The translations under genes and the position numbers were made by a program. From Zoogloea sp. (lineage in GTDB: Bacteria; Pseudomonadota; Gammaproteobacteria; Burkholderiales; Rhodocyclaceae): 64,000 nucleotides of DNA. Positions within the stretch are counted from its first letter, which is position 1, and each line of letters starts with the position of its first letter. Positions 19,510 through 29,166 of the stretch are shown here, in pieces. The notes below the pieces were generated by a model. The model saw nothing but the letters and a program-made list of their open reading frames with translations. It searched no databases and had not been told where the DNA came from. The stretch lies in assembly GCA_041917255.1 (NCBI GenBank), contig JAYRYA010000015.1, positions 3,909 to 67,908 on the forward strand, read 5' to 3'.

Positions 19510-20712
19510 TTACCAGTGGGTCTCCCGGTCGGGGGTGGCGGTGATCTTGTGGATGGTCAGGTCGGCGCCTTCGAATTCCTCTTCGGGGTCTAGGCGAATG
19601 CCGACCAACTGCTTGAGCATGCCATACACGATGGTGCCGCCCGCCAGCGCGATCACGATGCCGGCCACCGTGCCAGCGAGCTGGGCCACCACGCTCACCC
19701 CACCAAGCCCGCCCAGCGCGGTGGCGCCAAAGATGCCGGCCGCGATGCCACCCCAGGCACCGCACAGCCCGTGCAGGGGCCATACGCCCAGCACGTCGTC
19801 GATCTTCCAGCGATTCTGGGTGATGGTGAAGAGCTGCACGAACAGCACGCCCGCGACGGTGCCGGTGGCGAGCGCGCCGATCGGGTGCATCAGGTCCGAG
19901 CCGGCGCACACGGCCACCAGCCCGGCCAGGGGGCCATTGTGGATGAAGCCCGGGTCGTTCTTGCCCAGCACCATGGCTGCCAGGGTTCCGCCGACCATCG
20001 CCATCAGCGAGTTGAGGGCGACGAGGCCGCTCACCTTGTCGAGCGTCTGGGCGGACATCACGTTGAAGCCGAACCAGCCCACGGTGAGAATCCATGCGCC
20101 AAGGGCCAGGAAGGGGATGTTGGAGGGCGGGTGGGCTGCCACGTTGCCATCCTTGGTGTAGCGGCCGCGGCGGGCGCCGAGCAGCAGTACCGCGGGCAGG
20201 GCGATCCAGCCACCGACCGCATGGACGACCACCGAGCCGGCGAAGTCATGGAACTTGGCCCCGGCAACAGCTTCGAGCCACGGCTGGATGCCGAAGTTGT
20301 CGTTCCAGGCGATGCCTTCAAAGAAGGGATACACGAAGCCGACCAGCAGGAAGGTGGCGATGCTCTGAGGGTGGAACTTGGCCCGCTCGGCAATGCCGCC
20401 GGAGATGATCGCCGGGATGGCCGCCGCGAAGGTGAGCAGGAAGAAGAACTTCACCATTTCGTAGCCACTCTTCTGGGCCAGCACCTCGGCGCCCGAGAAG
20501 AAATTGACCCCGTAGGCCACGGTGTACCCGATGAAGAAGTAGGCGATGGCAGATACGCAGAAATCGGTCAGGATCTTGACCAGGGCATTGACCTGGTTCT
20601 TCTTGCGGACGGTGCCGACTTCGAGGAAAGCGAACCCTGCGTGCATCGCCAGCACCATGATGGCGCCGAGCAGCACGAAGAGAACATTACTGGCGTTGCT
20701 TGATTGCTCCAT
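19510..20712 (-). CDS. amtB: Ammonium transporter
   Basis: MHAGFAFLE, DFAGSVVVH, GWFGFN, IDDVLGVWPLHG. Confidence 0.95.
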   Translation of the reverse strand: MEQSSNASNVLFVLLGAIMVLAMHAGFAFLEVGTVRKKNQVNALVKILTDFCVSAIAYFFIGYTVAYGVNFFSGAEVLAQKSGYEMVKFFFLLTFAAAIPAIISGGIAERAKFHPQSIATFLLVGFVYPFFEGIAWNDNFGIQPWLEAVAGAKFHDFAGSVVVHAVGGWIALPAVLLLGARRGRYTKDGNVAAHPPSNIPFLALGAWILTVGWFGFNVMSAQTLDKVSGLVALNSLMAMVGGTLAAMVLGKNDPGFIHNGPLAGLVAVCAGSDLMHPIGALATGTVAGVLFVQLFTITQNRWKIDDVLGVWPLHGLCGAWGGIAAGIFGATALGGLGGVSVVAQLAGTVAGIVIALAGGTIVYGMLKQLVGIRLDPEEEFEGADLTIHKITATPDRETHW

Positions 20713-20742
20713 TTTGGGCTCCAAAATCGAAGCGAAGCACCA

Positions 20743-20758
20743 AGCAGGTGCTGTGCCA
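20743..20758 (-). promoter_or_regulatory. Sigma-54 promoter of amtB
   Basis: TGGCAC-AGCAC-CTGCT; NtrC-like TGCACCAAAAATAGGCA at 20852-20868. Confidence 0.7.
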
Positions 20759-20901
20759 GTTCTGTTTTATCGAAAATTTCAATCAATTCATAAGCTTGAC
20801 ATTTGTCTTGCACGAAATTGTCGCACTTAAACTGTGCGTTCATGTTTATCCTGCACCAAAAATAGGCAAAAAGATGGTGCGTCGAACCCGAAACCGTGCA
20901 T

Positions 20902-21687
20902 TCACCAGGCGTTCTCGACCGCGATGTGGCCCGGTGCCGCCAGTCGGCTTAGCCGAAAGCCACGCTCCAACAGCGCTTTGTGGGTGTCACGCACCATATC
21001 GGGGCTGCCGCAGATCATGAAGCGGGAGTCGGCATCGGTGAAGGGCAGGTCGAGGGCGGCTTCGAGCTGGCCGCCGCGGATCAGATCCGGGATGCGCGCA
21101 CGAAGGGCGCCGGGCGCCGATTCGCGGGTGACCACCGGCTGATAGACGAGCTTGTGGCCGTGTTCGGCCCAAAGGGGGTGCTGGCGCAGCGCGGCGATCT
21201 CGTCCTGGTAGGCGAGGTCTTCGGCCACGCGCGCGCAGTGGACGAGGATCAGGCGCTCGAAGCGCTGCCAGGTGGTCTCGTCCTGCAGGATCGAGAGATA
21301 GGGCGCGAGGCCGGTGCCAGTGCCAAGCATCCACAGATCGCGCCCGTCCGCAAAGCGGTTGGTGGTGAAGAAGCCGTTGGCCGCCCGCTCGATCATCACG
21401 CTGTCGCCCACCCCGAGCTTTTCGAGCTGCGAGGTGAAGGCGCCATCGGGCACCACGATGGAGTAGAACTCCAGGTGCTCGTCCCAGGTGGCGGAGGTCA
21501 TCGAATAGGCCCGCCAAACCGGCGCACCGTTCTCCTTATAAAGACCGAGCCGCGCAAACTGCCCCGGCACGAAGCGAAAACCGGGCTCGCGTGTCAGCCG
21601 AAACGACAGCAGGCGCGGACTCCAGCGATGCATCCACTGAATGGTGGCGATGGTGCTGCGGCTTTGTGTGTCGGCAACGTCGTCCAT
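20902..21687 (-). CDS. fpr: Ferredoxin-NADP+ reductase
   Basis: FVPGQFARLG, RAYS, GTGTGLAPYLS, MICGSPDM. Confidence 0.92.
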   Translation of the reverse strand: MDDVADTQSRSTIATIQWMHRWSPRLLSFRLTREPGFRFVPGQFARLGLYKENGAPVWRAYSMTSATWDEHLEFYSIVVPDGAFTSQLEKLGVGDSVMIERAANGFFTTNRFADGRDLWMLGTGTGLAPYLSILQDETTWQRFERLILVHCARVAEDLAYQDEIAALRQHPLWAEHGHKLVYQPVVTRESAPGALRARIPDLIRGGQLEAALDLPFTDADSRFMICGSPDMVRDTHKALLERGFRLSRLAAPGHIAVENAW

Positions 21688-21916
21688 GGGGCGCTCCGTG
21701 GGGGGAAAGGTGGTGCCTCACGGGAAAGACTGTTGCTGGCGCCCAATCGTTCCGCTCAGGGCGTGTCGCCGGGGTTATGGCTGACGCATTACGGCAGCGG
21801 GGTGACGAGAATTGTCACTATCGGCGCCGCCTGTTCTGGCCGGTGTGGCGGATGGGGAGTGCGATGTGGCCGTCACACCCTTGATTTATATGGAATTGGT
21901 TGGAACCATCCCTTCT

Positions 21917-21931
21917 TGGCACGGGCCTTGC
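21917..21931 (+). promoter_or_regulatory. Sigma-54 promoter of pilA
   Basis: TGGCAC-GGGCC-TTGC. Confidence 0.85.
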
Positions 21932-21996
21932 CTATAAAAGTACAGTCGGGTCTCTGGCCCGCTTCGAAATACCTATAATCTCTTGGAGATACGCAC

Positions 21997-22422
21997 ATGA
22001 AAAAGCAAAGCGGTTTCACTCTTATCGAACTCATGATCGTCGTGGCCATCATCGGTATCCTGGCTGCGATCGCTGTTCCCCAGTACCAGCAGTTCCAGCG
22101 CAAGGCCCGCTTCACTGAAGTGATCTCTGCCACCGGCGCCTTCAAGAGCGCTGTCGAGCTGTGCATCCAGAACAACAACAACGTCGCGACTGAGTGTGAC
22201 GCTGGTGCGAAGGGTGACGGCTGGTCTATCCCGTCTGCTCCGTCTGCGTCCGGTCACGTTGCTTCCATCTCCATCGTTGATGGCGAGATCAAGGCCAAAG
22301 CCACTTCTACTGATGGTCTCGGCGGTGAAGAGTTGATCTACACCCCGAACCTCACCGACCCGACTAAGATTCAGTGGACGAAGTCTGGTTCGTGCAGCAC
22401 TGCTTCGCCCCCGATCTGCTGA
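21997..22422 (+). CDS. pilA: Type IVa major pilin
   Basis: [27 protein letters not shown]; C-terminal Cys pair. Confidence 0.95.
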   Translation: MKKQSGFTLIELMIVVAIIGILAAIAVPQYQQFQRKARFTEVISATGAFKSAVELCIQNNNNVATECDAGAKGDGWSIPSAPSASGHVASISIVDGEIKAKATSTDGLGGEELIYTPNLTDPTKIQWTKSGSCSTASPPIC

Positions 22423-22466
22423 TCGCCCGTTTTTTCAGATCTCCGCCTGCGGTGGTCTGACTGAGC

Positions 22467-22505
22467 AAGCCCGGAACGCGCGAGCCTTCCGGGCTTTGTT
22501 TTGTT
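22467..22505 (+). terminator. Terminator after pilA
   Basis: AAGCCCGGAA...TTCCGGGCTT then TGTTTTGTT. Confidence 0.8.
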
Positions 22506-22592
22506 ATGTGGAGTGCATCGGCCATTCTGCATTCTGGCTTTCCTCTGATATTTCCGGGCTGCGGCCTATCCTCCTGATCCGGAGAACCTCCC

Positions 22593-24209
22593 ATGGCTGC
22601 CGGATACCCGGAATTCCAGCATTCATCTCCCCCAGCGCGTTGGGCAGACGTGCTGCTGCTTGGCGTGCTGCTGATGCCCGTGTTGGCGTTGCCCCAGACC
22701 TGGGCCCACCGGGCTGCGTCCGTGGGCGTGCTGCTGGCGCTGGTGTTGATTGCCGCCGGCCTGCCGTGGCTGCGCGGGCTCGGTCGCGCGCTGGCTGTGG
22801 TGTGCCTGCTGCTGGCGCCGCCGGTGGCGTGGTACGGGCTGCGTTTTGGCGTGGTGCCGGGCGACGAACTGATGCTCACCCTGCGCATGAGCGATGCCCG
22901 CAGCGCGGTCGAGTTCCTGCACGACGTGGCCGGGCAGTGGACCACCTGGGCGGTGCTCATTCTGGAGGTGCTGGTGCTCGTGGCGCTGAAGGCCCGTCGC
23001 CGGTGGCGGGTGAGCCGTCAGTGGCGGCAGGCAGGGCTACTCGCCGGGCTGCTCTATCTGGCGTCGGGGCTCGTCCACGACAGTTTTCTGCGTAGCGGGC
23101 TGTCCCTGGCTCCCTGGGCCACGCCCGAGCTCCTGCTGCGCACCTATCCGGTGTCTCTCATCCAACCGGTGGCATTGCTGGCCTCGCCGCAGCCGACGCT
23201 GGCGGAAATCGAACCGGTCAGCGTAACCGTCGACGCCACGGCCCGCGAGCTCGCCCAGACCTATGTGCTGGTGATCGGCGAGTCGGCCCGGGCGGATCGC
23301 CTCGGCCTCAACGGCTACGCGCGGGATACGACGCCCACCCTGGGCAGTTTGCCGGGCGTGGTAAGCTTTCCCCATGTGCGCTCGGTATCCGACTGCACGC
23401 TCCATGCGGTGCCGGCCCTGCTGACCATGGCTGACGCCGCCGGTATCGCCCGACGCCGGCCCGACAAGGCCGTGCCGACCCTGTTCGATTACTTCGGCGC
23501 CGCCGGATTCTTCACCGCCTTCGTGTCGATGCACGAGCCAGCGCTGGCCGAGTCCATCAGCATCCGCACCGACCTCGCCCGCAACCTGCGCTACCTCAAT
23601 CCGGATTCGCCCCTGCGGGACGACGCCCTGCTGCCCGAGCTGCGGCGCCTGCTGCTGGTGCCAAAGGCCCGCAAGTTCATTGTGCTGCAACTCATCGGCA
23701 GCCACTTCGAGTACGAGCAGCGCTACCCGGCCGATTTTGCCCTCTACCGCGGCGACGGCTCGCCGGAGAGCGAGCGTTCTGCCCGCTACGACAACAGCCT
23801 GCGCTACACCGACTGGATCCTCTCGCAAGTGATCGAAACCCTGCGCAGCCAGCAAGGCGAGGTCGTGCTCGCCTACGCCTCCGACCACGGGGAGAACCTC
23901 TACGACGACGCCCGGATGCGCTACCAGCACTGCGGCAGCGTGACCCACTTCGACACCCAGCCCGCGACGCTCTTCTGGGCCGAGCGGCTGCACAGCCCCG
24001 GGCCGTGGCAGATGCTCATCGCCAACCGCGAGCGCTACATCGGGCAGGAGATGGTCGGCGCCACCTTGCTTGATCTTGCCGGCGTGCGGGTGCCGGGCGC
24101 CGCGCTGCCCGAATCCCTTGCCGGCCCGATCCGCGAACAGCGCGTGCGCTATGTGCTCGATGGTGGCAAGCTCACGGGCTTTGCTAGGGACGGGAGTCCG
24201 GCCCCATGA
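22593..24209 (+). CDS. Phosphoethanolamine transferase (EptA/PptA family)
   Basis: N-terminal TMs; VLVIGESAR, GYARDTTP, GSH, YDNS, SDHGE. Confidence 0.88.
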   Translation: MAAGYPEFQHSSPPARWADVLLLGVLLMPVLALPQTWAHRAASVGVLLALVLIAAGLPWLRGLGRALAVVCLLLAPPVAWYGLRFGVVPGDELMLTLRMSDARSAVEFLHDVAGQWTTWAVLILEVLVLVALKARRRWRVSRQWRQAGLLAGLLYLASGLVHDSFLRSGLSLAPWATPELLLRTYPVSLIQPVALLASPQPTLAEIEPVSVTVDATARELAQTYVLVIGESARADRLGLNGYARDTTPTLGSLPGVVSFPHVRSVSDCTLHAVPALLTMADAAGIARRRPDKAVPTLFDYFGAAGFFTAFVSMHEPALAESISIRTDLARNLRYLNPDSPLRDDALLPELRRLLLVPKARKFIVLQLIGSHFEYEQRYPADFALYRGDGSPESERSARYDNSLRYTDWILSQVIETLRSQQGEVVLAYASDHGENLYDDARMRYQHCGSVTHFDTQPATLFWAERLHSPGPWQMLIANRERYIGQEMVGATLLDLAGVRVPGAALPESLAGPIREQRVRYVLDGGKLTGFARDGSPAP

Positions 24210-24826
24210 ATCCACGCAAGATCGCATCTCCGAACCACGACGCCCGCGCCCCTGGCGAGGCCGTGTCGCTGGTCGTCATCCACGCCATCAGCCTGCCGCC
24301 TGACCGCTTCGGCGGCAGCGGCGTCGAGGAACTGTTCACCAACCGCCTGGACCCTGCTGCTCACCCCTACTACGCAGGCATCCACCACCTGCGGGTTTCG
24401 GCCCATTACTTCATCCGGCGTACCGGCGAGTTGATCGAGTTCGTCAGCCCTGAGAAGCGCGCCTGGCACGCCGGCGTGTCGTCCTGGCGGGGGCGGGAGC
24501 GCTGCAACGACTTTTCGATCGGAATCGAGCTGGAGGGCTGCGATACCTTGCCTTTCGAGGACGTGCAGTATTCGGTGCTGGCCGCGCTGCTCGATGATCT
24601 CAGTGAGCGCTTTCCCGTCATCGAGGCCGTGGGCCACTCCGATGTGGCGCCGGGGCGCAAGACCGATCCGGGGCCCTACTTCGAGTGGTCGCGCCTGCGC
24701 CGGTACATGATGGACAGGGGCGGGCGGGTGGCCTTGCTCGACTGGCGTCGGGCGCTGTCCGAGCGCGGAGATGGGCCGATCGACCCCATGCGCTGGCCGT
24801 TTCCCCTTACCGGGCGTCCGGGGTGA
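24206..24826 (+). CDS. ampD: 1,6-anhydro-N-acetylmuramyl-L-alanine amidase
   Basis: IHAISLPP, VSAHYFI, AWHAGVS, CNDFSIGIELEG, GHSDVAPGRKTDPG. Confidence 0.93.
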   Translation: MNPRKIASPNHDARAPGEAVSLVVIHAISLPPDRFGGSGVEELFTNRLDPAAHPYYAGIHHLRVSAHYFIRRTGELIEFVSPEKRAWHAGVSSWRGRERCNDFSIGIELEGCDTLPFEDVQYSVLAALLDDLSERFPVIEAVGHSDVAPGRKTDPGPYFEWSRLRRYMMDRGGRVALLDWRRALSERGDGPIDPMRWPFPLTGRPG

Positions 24827-26003
24827 GGCCGCGCCGTCCGGCGAGCTGCGTGAGGCATGCGGCGTAGCGGTCGGCGAGGAGGTCCCAGTTCCATTGGGCT
24901 GAGGAGAACGCGGCTGCCTGGGCGCGTATTCTGGTGCGGGTCGCGGAGGGTGCCCCGACGACATCGGCCAGCCGATTCAGCCACGCTTCGGGATCGGGGG
25001 CTGCGGGGTCATGCGGAATGGCGTGGATGAAGTCGGGCTGGATCGGGCCGCCGCCGGCGGTGTCGGCCGAGGTGACCACGGGCGTGCCGCAGGCGAGGGC
25101 TTCCTGAACAACGAGCGGGTAACCTTCGCCGTGGCTCGGCAGCACCAGGACGTCGGCGGCCTGATAGAGCTCGGCGAGCGCTGCGCCGCTCCTCCCGGCC
25201 CATACCCGGACCTGGGGCAGCTGCCAGTTAGTGGGGTGCAGCGCTTCCGCATCGCCCCAGCCCGCGAACCACCAGTGCCAGCCGGGCTGGCGGGCGGCAA
25301 GTTCGCGCAGGAGCCGCAGGCCTTTCTTTTCGACGAAGCGACCGACGAACAGCACCACGGGTGTGTTCTTGTCTGCGCCCAGGCGCTCTCTCAGTGCGCT
25401 GCGGATGCTATCCCCGACAGGGTGGAAGCACGCGGCGTCCACCCCGTTGGGCCAATGACTCGGTGCTGTGCGGAAATGGGTGAAGCCGGCGAACTGGCTC
25501 TGGACCTTGGCGCTGATGAAGATGACCCGGTCCGCGCTGCCCAGCATCAGACGGCCGACACTTCGGTTGAGGGCGCGCAGGATCCAGCGCAGCAGGGGAT
25601 TTTCGTAGTGGATGTCGCCGATGTGCTGGGTGATCAGCACGGGCTTGCGATGGCGCCAGGCGAGCAGGCGGGCGGCGAGGGAGGATGGATAGATGAAGTC
25701 GTGCAGATGCACGACGTCGGCCTCCCGCACCGCTGCCGCGAGCGTCCGCCATCCTGCCGGGTGCCAGAGTGGCCACGGGAGCCCGAGCTTGCGCTCGCAG
25801 ATGTTCCAGGCGGGCTGGGGCTCGACCCGCGCCCCGGGCAGCGCCGGAGGCGGATCGCAGTCTGCCGCCAGCCAGCGGAGCGAAACGTGGGGCGTCAGGC
25901 GACGGGCGAGCTCGTGGGCAACGATTTCCACTCCGCCGCGGTGTGCCGGAAAATAATGGGTGACGAGGAGGACGCGCGGGCGGGCGTCGGAGCTAACCGG
26001 CAT
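24807..26003 (-). CDS. Glycosyltransferase family 4
   Basis: HYFPAHRGGVE, LFVGRFVEKKG, PSHGEGYPLVVQEALACG. Confidence 0.88.
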   Translation of the reverse strand: MPVSSDARPRVLLVTHYFPAHRGGVEIVAHELARRLTPHVSLRWLAADCDPPPALPGARVEPQPAWNICERKLGLPWPLWHPAGWRTLAAAVREADVVHLHDFIYPSSLAARLLAWRHRKPVLITQHIGDIHYENPLLRWILRALNRSVGRLMLGSADRVIFISAKVQSQFAGFTHFRTAPSHWPNGVDAACFHPVGDSIRSALRERLGADKNTPVVLFVGRFVEKKGLRLLRELAARQPGWHWWFAGWGDAEALHPTNWQLPQVRVWAGRSGAALAELYQAADVLVLPSHGEGYPLVVQEALACGTPVVTSADTAGGGPIQPDFIHAIPHDPAAPDPEAWLNRLADVVGAPSATRTRIRAQAAAFSSAQWNWDLLADRYAACLTQLAGRRGLTPDAR

Positions 26004-26703
26004 CGCGGGGGCGGGCCTCCAGCAGGTAGATGGCGGAGTTGGTCTCGCGGAGGTAGGCGGGCGTGACCGCGTCTTCAAGAATCATCCTCAGGTGCATGAG
26101 CGCGCACAGCCCCGCAGCCAGCACGCGGCCGGGCAGGCCCAGCCTGGACAGCACGTGGTGGTAGGCGAATGTCCGGAACTGGGTGGTCCAGGCCAGCGGC
26201 CCGACCATTGGCGTGCTCGAGATGACGTCGAAACCGTTGGCTTCGAGCTCCCGGCGCAGGCCGTCGCAGGTCCAGCGGCGGTAATCCGTCGGGTGCGGGT
26301 GGTAGAGCCAGACTCCGTGGGTGGATAGCAGCAGGCGTCCTCCGGGCGAGAGAAGGCGGCGGCACTCGGCGAGGTAGGTCGGTACGTCCCACACGTGCTC
26401 GAGCACCTGAAACGACACCACGCAGTCGGCCACACCGTCCGGCAGGTCGAGCGCCTTGCCCGGCGCGAAGACGAGATCGATGTGAGGGGCGGGCGCGATA
26501 TCGCAGGAGAGATAATGGGCGACATGGGGGGCGAAGAGCGGCCGGTAAGGGGCATCGCCGGCGCCCAGGTCGACGACGGTGCTCCCGCGGGTGAGCGTGC
26601 CATCGCCGATCAGTCGCGTGACGGCCGGCCGCAGCCCGGCGACGAGGCGGTTGAGCGTGTAAGCATCGTGGCGCCAGAAGGGGGGCTTGAGTCTGACGTG
26701 CAT
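25993..26703 (-). CDS. Class I SAM-dependent methyltransferase
   Basis: VVDLGAG, FQVLEHV, LSPGGRLLLS, HPHPTDYRRW. Confidence 0.85.
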   Translation of the reverse strand: MHVRLKPPFWRHDAYTLNRLVAGLRPAVTRLIGDGTLTRGSTVVDLGAGDAPYRPLFAPHVAHYLSCDIAPAPHIDLVFAPGKALDLPDGVADCVVSFQVLEHVWDVPTYLAECRRLLSPGGRLLLSTHGVWLYHPHPTDYRRWTCDGLRRELEANGFDVISSTPMVGPLAWTTQFRTFAYHHVLSRLGLPGRVLAAGLCALMHLRMILEDAVTPAYLRETNSAIYLLEARPRDAG

Positions 26704-26728
26704 GGGACAGGATTCGGTGAGGTCGGGA

Positions 26729-27136
26729 ATGGTCTGGCGGGATGAACGGTGGTGGCGATTTCTGGTGGTCGGCGGGGTCTGCTTCACGGCCAACCTGATC
26801 GTGCTGTACGTGGGAACGGACGTGCTGGGGCTGCATTATCTCGTGTCGATGCTGCTCTCCATTTTGATCGCAAACACCCTTGGCTGGTGGCTCAACCGCC
26901 GCTGGTCGTTCCGCTCGCGGGCGAGGGGGCTCGTCGCCGAATACCTCCGCTACTTCGCCGTCACGCTCACCAGTTCCTTCCTGAGCTTAATCCTGATGGC
27001 GGTGCTGGTGAGTGGCTTGCGGCTGCATTATCTGGCCGCGAGCAGCGCGATCGCCGTCGGGCTGACGCTGTTCAACTTCTTGGCCCACCGCGGCTGGAGC
27101 TTCGCGAGGCAACCGCGCGACCTGCCGCCGGAGTGA
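26729..27136 (+). CDS. GtrA-family small flippase
   Basis: RFLVVGG...NRRWSF...RYF...NFL..R.WSF, four TMs; start uncertain. Confidence 0.85.
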   Translation: MVWRDERWWRFLVVGGVCFTANLIVLYVGTDVLGLHYLVSMLLSILIANTLGWWLNRRWSFRSRARGLVAEYLRYFAVTLTSSFLSLILMAVLVSGLRLHYLAASSAIAVGLTLFNFLAHRGWSFARQPRDLPPE

Positions 27137-27167
27137 ATCGCGAGTCGCCACCGCTGACGGTGAGGCG

Positions 27168-29156
27168 TCATGGTGTCCGGGCGTCGGCCTCCGTCGAATA
27201 GGGGCGCGGGCAGCTTGTTTGCAGGCGTTCGCCTGTCGCGTTCTCGAGCGGGACGGAGCGCCCCGCATGGATCAGGACGGCAGCAAGGCGCCCGTTGGTC
27301 TCGATGAGCCAGGTGTCGGTATTTACATAGAAGCGCCGCCGTGTGCCCGCTGCCGCCTGCTCGCTGTTGGTGCCTGCAGGCGCAAACAGCGCCGGGCAGT
27401 GTTGCTCCCATGCGGTCATGCGGCGGTCCACCTCGCGCCTGCGTGCACGCTCCACCGAATCGAGCGGTGGCGTCTCGACGATGGCGCAACTGACGAGTGC
27501 CACCCGCTTGTCCTGGGAGACCGCCGACCGGGGTGTCTGTTGGGCCTGCCAGTGAAGCGGGGGCTTGCCATGACCATCCAGGTCGATCAGCTGACAATCG
27601 GTGCGATCCAAGCGTAGAGCGTATTCGGAGAGTTGGGCATCCTGCACGTCGAGGGTGGCGGCATCGACCCCGCCGTCCGCGCCGAGCATGTCGACGCTGG
27701 CGAGGCTGCGCAGCGGAAGCTGACTGGACTGCCAGCGGGCCCGGATGGCTTGCCAGGCGATGCCGTCCGGGGCCAGCGTGTTCTGCCCGATCACGTTGCT
27801 GAAGCGCGACTCGGCGGGCAGGAAGGCCGCCAGCGCCGCGTAGCTTTGCAGCTGGAGGGACAGGTAATAGGCGGGCGTTTCCTGGAGCACTCGGGGGATC
27901 GACAGATCCATCGGCGATGGCGACCAGGGGCGGGCATCCATCCGGGTGCGGTTGAGCGTGGTGGCTGCCACGGTCTGCACGGCCAGCGGCAAGCCGACGA
28001 GGAGCATCGCCCAGACCGCCCGGCCCCGGGCAAGGCGCAGGGCGAGCCATGCGATGACGGGTCCGGTGAGCATGAGCCCCGGCACGGCATAGCGTGTGTT
28101 GCCGCTGGTATAGAGCCAGATGGGCAGGAATAGGGTGAGGAGAAGCATCACCACGCGGACGCTACGGTCTGCCTGGGCCTGCTGACGGCCCAGGATAATG
28201 CGCAGGACAAGGGCTGCGATGCCGAACACGATGAGCGTGAGCGGTCGGACGTCGGCAGCGATGGCTTCAAAACCGACCCGCTCCATCGGGTTGGCGAGGC
28301 GTACCGGGTAATACAGGACGTCCGCCAGCGTGGCTGGGCGAAAGCGGTCGGCCACGGCGTTGGCGCTCAGATACCACGGTGACTGGAAGATGCCGTTGAA
28401 CAAGGGGAACACCGGGCTGCCGAACGACTGCCACAGCCACCATGCGTGCGGGCCGCCGGTGAGGAGCAGGCCGGCCGCGCCGCCAATGAGGGCCCGCCAG
28501 AGCGCCCCCGCGGCCACTCGCCCCGGCAGCCCCGCCAGCGCGGCGACGAGCATTGCACAGGCAAACACCAGCGCCGACGGCTTGAGCCCCATCGCGACAC
28601 CCGCAAGCACGGCCGACAGCCAGAGCTGGCGTGACGTGGCGCGTCCTGACGTGGCAGCCTGCCGCCATCGCAGCAGCACGAACAGCGAAGCCAGGCACGG
28701 GATGCTCACGACGACATCCGTGTAACTGGTGCCGGTTTCAAGCAGGAAGGCCGGTGTGAGCCCGCCCGCCAGCACGCCCGCCACGAGGATCAGCCGGTGC
28801 AGGCGGTCGCGGAGTGGAACGAACTGGGCGCCAATGCCGTGCAGCAGCCAAAGGTTGGTGCTGTGGAGGGCAGCGACCGCAAGCGCCCCCGTCAGCGCTG
28901 GCCAGCCAGTGGCATGGATGAGGAAGTAGGGCAGATGGGGCAGTGGGTTGAGGTAGCTCTGGACGCTGGCGGCGAAGAGCTCGCCCGGCAGCCTTCCCTG
29001 CCACCATGCCAGAGCCACGTAGAGGTGATAGTTCAGGAAGTCCCAGCTCTGGTCTCTCCCGGCCCAGGCGGTCCAGATCAGGCAGGCGAGGGTGTAGCCC
29101 ATCGCGCAGTAGAGATGAAAGCGGCGCATGCTGTCCGCTGGCCGGGGGGAGGCCAT
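27168..29156 (-). CDS. Polytopic membrane protein, probable GT-C glycosyltransferase
   Basis: GRDQSWDFLNYH loop after TM1, many TMs, MGLKPS, GSPVFP, C-terminal periplasmic domain. Confidence 0.65.
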   Translation of the reverse strand: MASPRPADSMRRFHLYCAMGYTLACLIWTAWAGRDQSWDFLNYHLYVALAWWQGRLPGELFAASVQSYLNPLPHLPYFLIHATGWPALTGALAVAALHSTNLWLLHGIGAQFVPLRDRLHRLILVAGVLAGGLTPAFLLETGTSYTDVVVSIPCLASLFVLLRWRQAATSGRATSRQLWLSAVLAGVAMGLKPSALVFACAMLVAALAGLPGRVAAGALWRALIGGAAGLLLTGGPHAWWLWQSFGSPVFPLFNGIFQSPWYLSANAVADRFRPATLADVLYYPVRLANPMERVGFEAIAADVRPLTLIVFGIAALVLRIILGRQQAQADRSVRVVMLLLTLFLPIWLYTSGNTRYAVPGLMLTGPVIAWLALRLARGRAVWAMLLVGLPLAVQTVAATTLNRTRMDARPWSPSPMDLSIPRVLQETPAYYLSLQLQSYAALAAFLPAESRFSNVIGQNTLAPDGIAWQAIRARWQSSQLPLRSLASVDMLGADGGVDAATLDVQDAQLSEYALRLDRTDCQLIDLDGHGKPPLHWQAQQTPRSAVSQDKRVALVSCAIVETPPLDSVERARRREVDRRMTAWEQHCPALFAPAGTNSEQAAAGTRRRFYVNTDTWLIETNGRLAAVLIHAGRSVPLENATGERLQTSCPRPYSTEADARTP

Positions 29157-29166
29157 CGCGCAGCGC

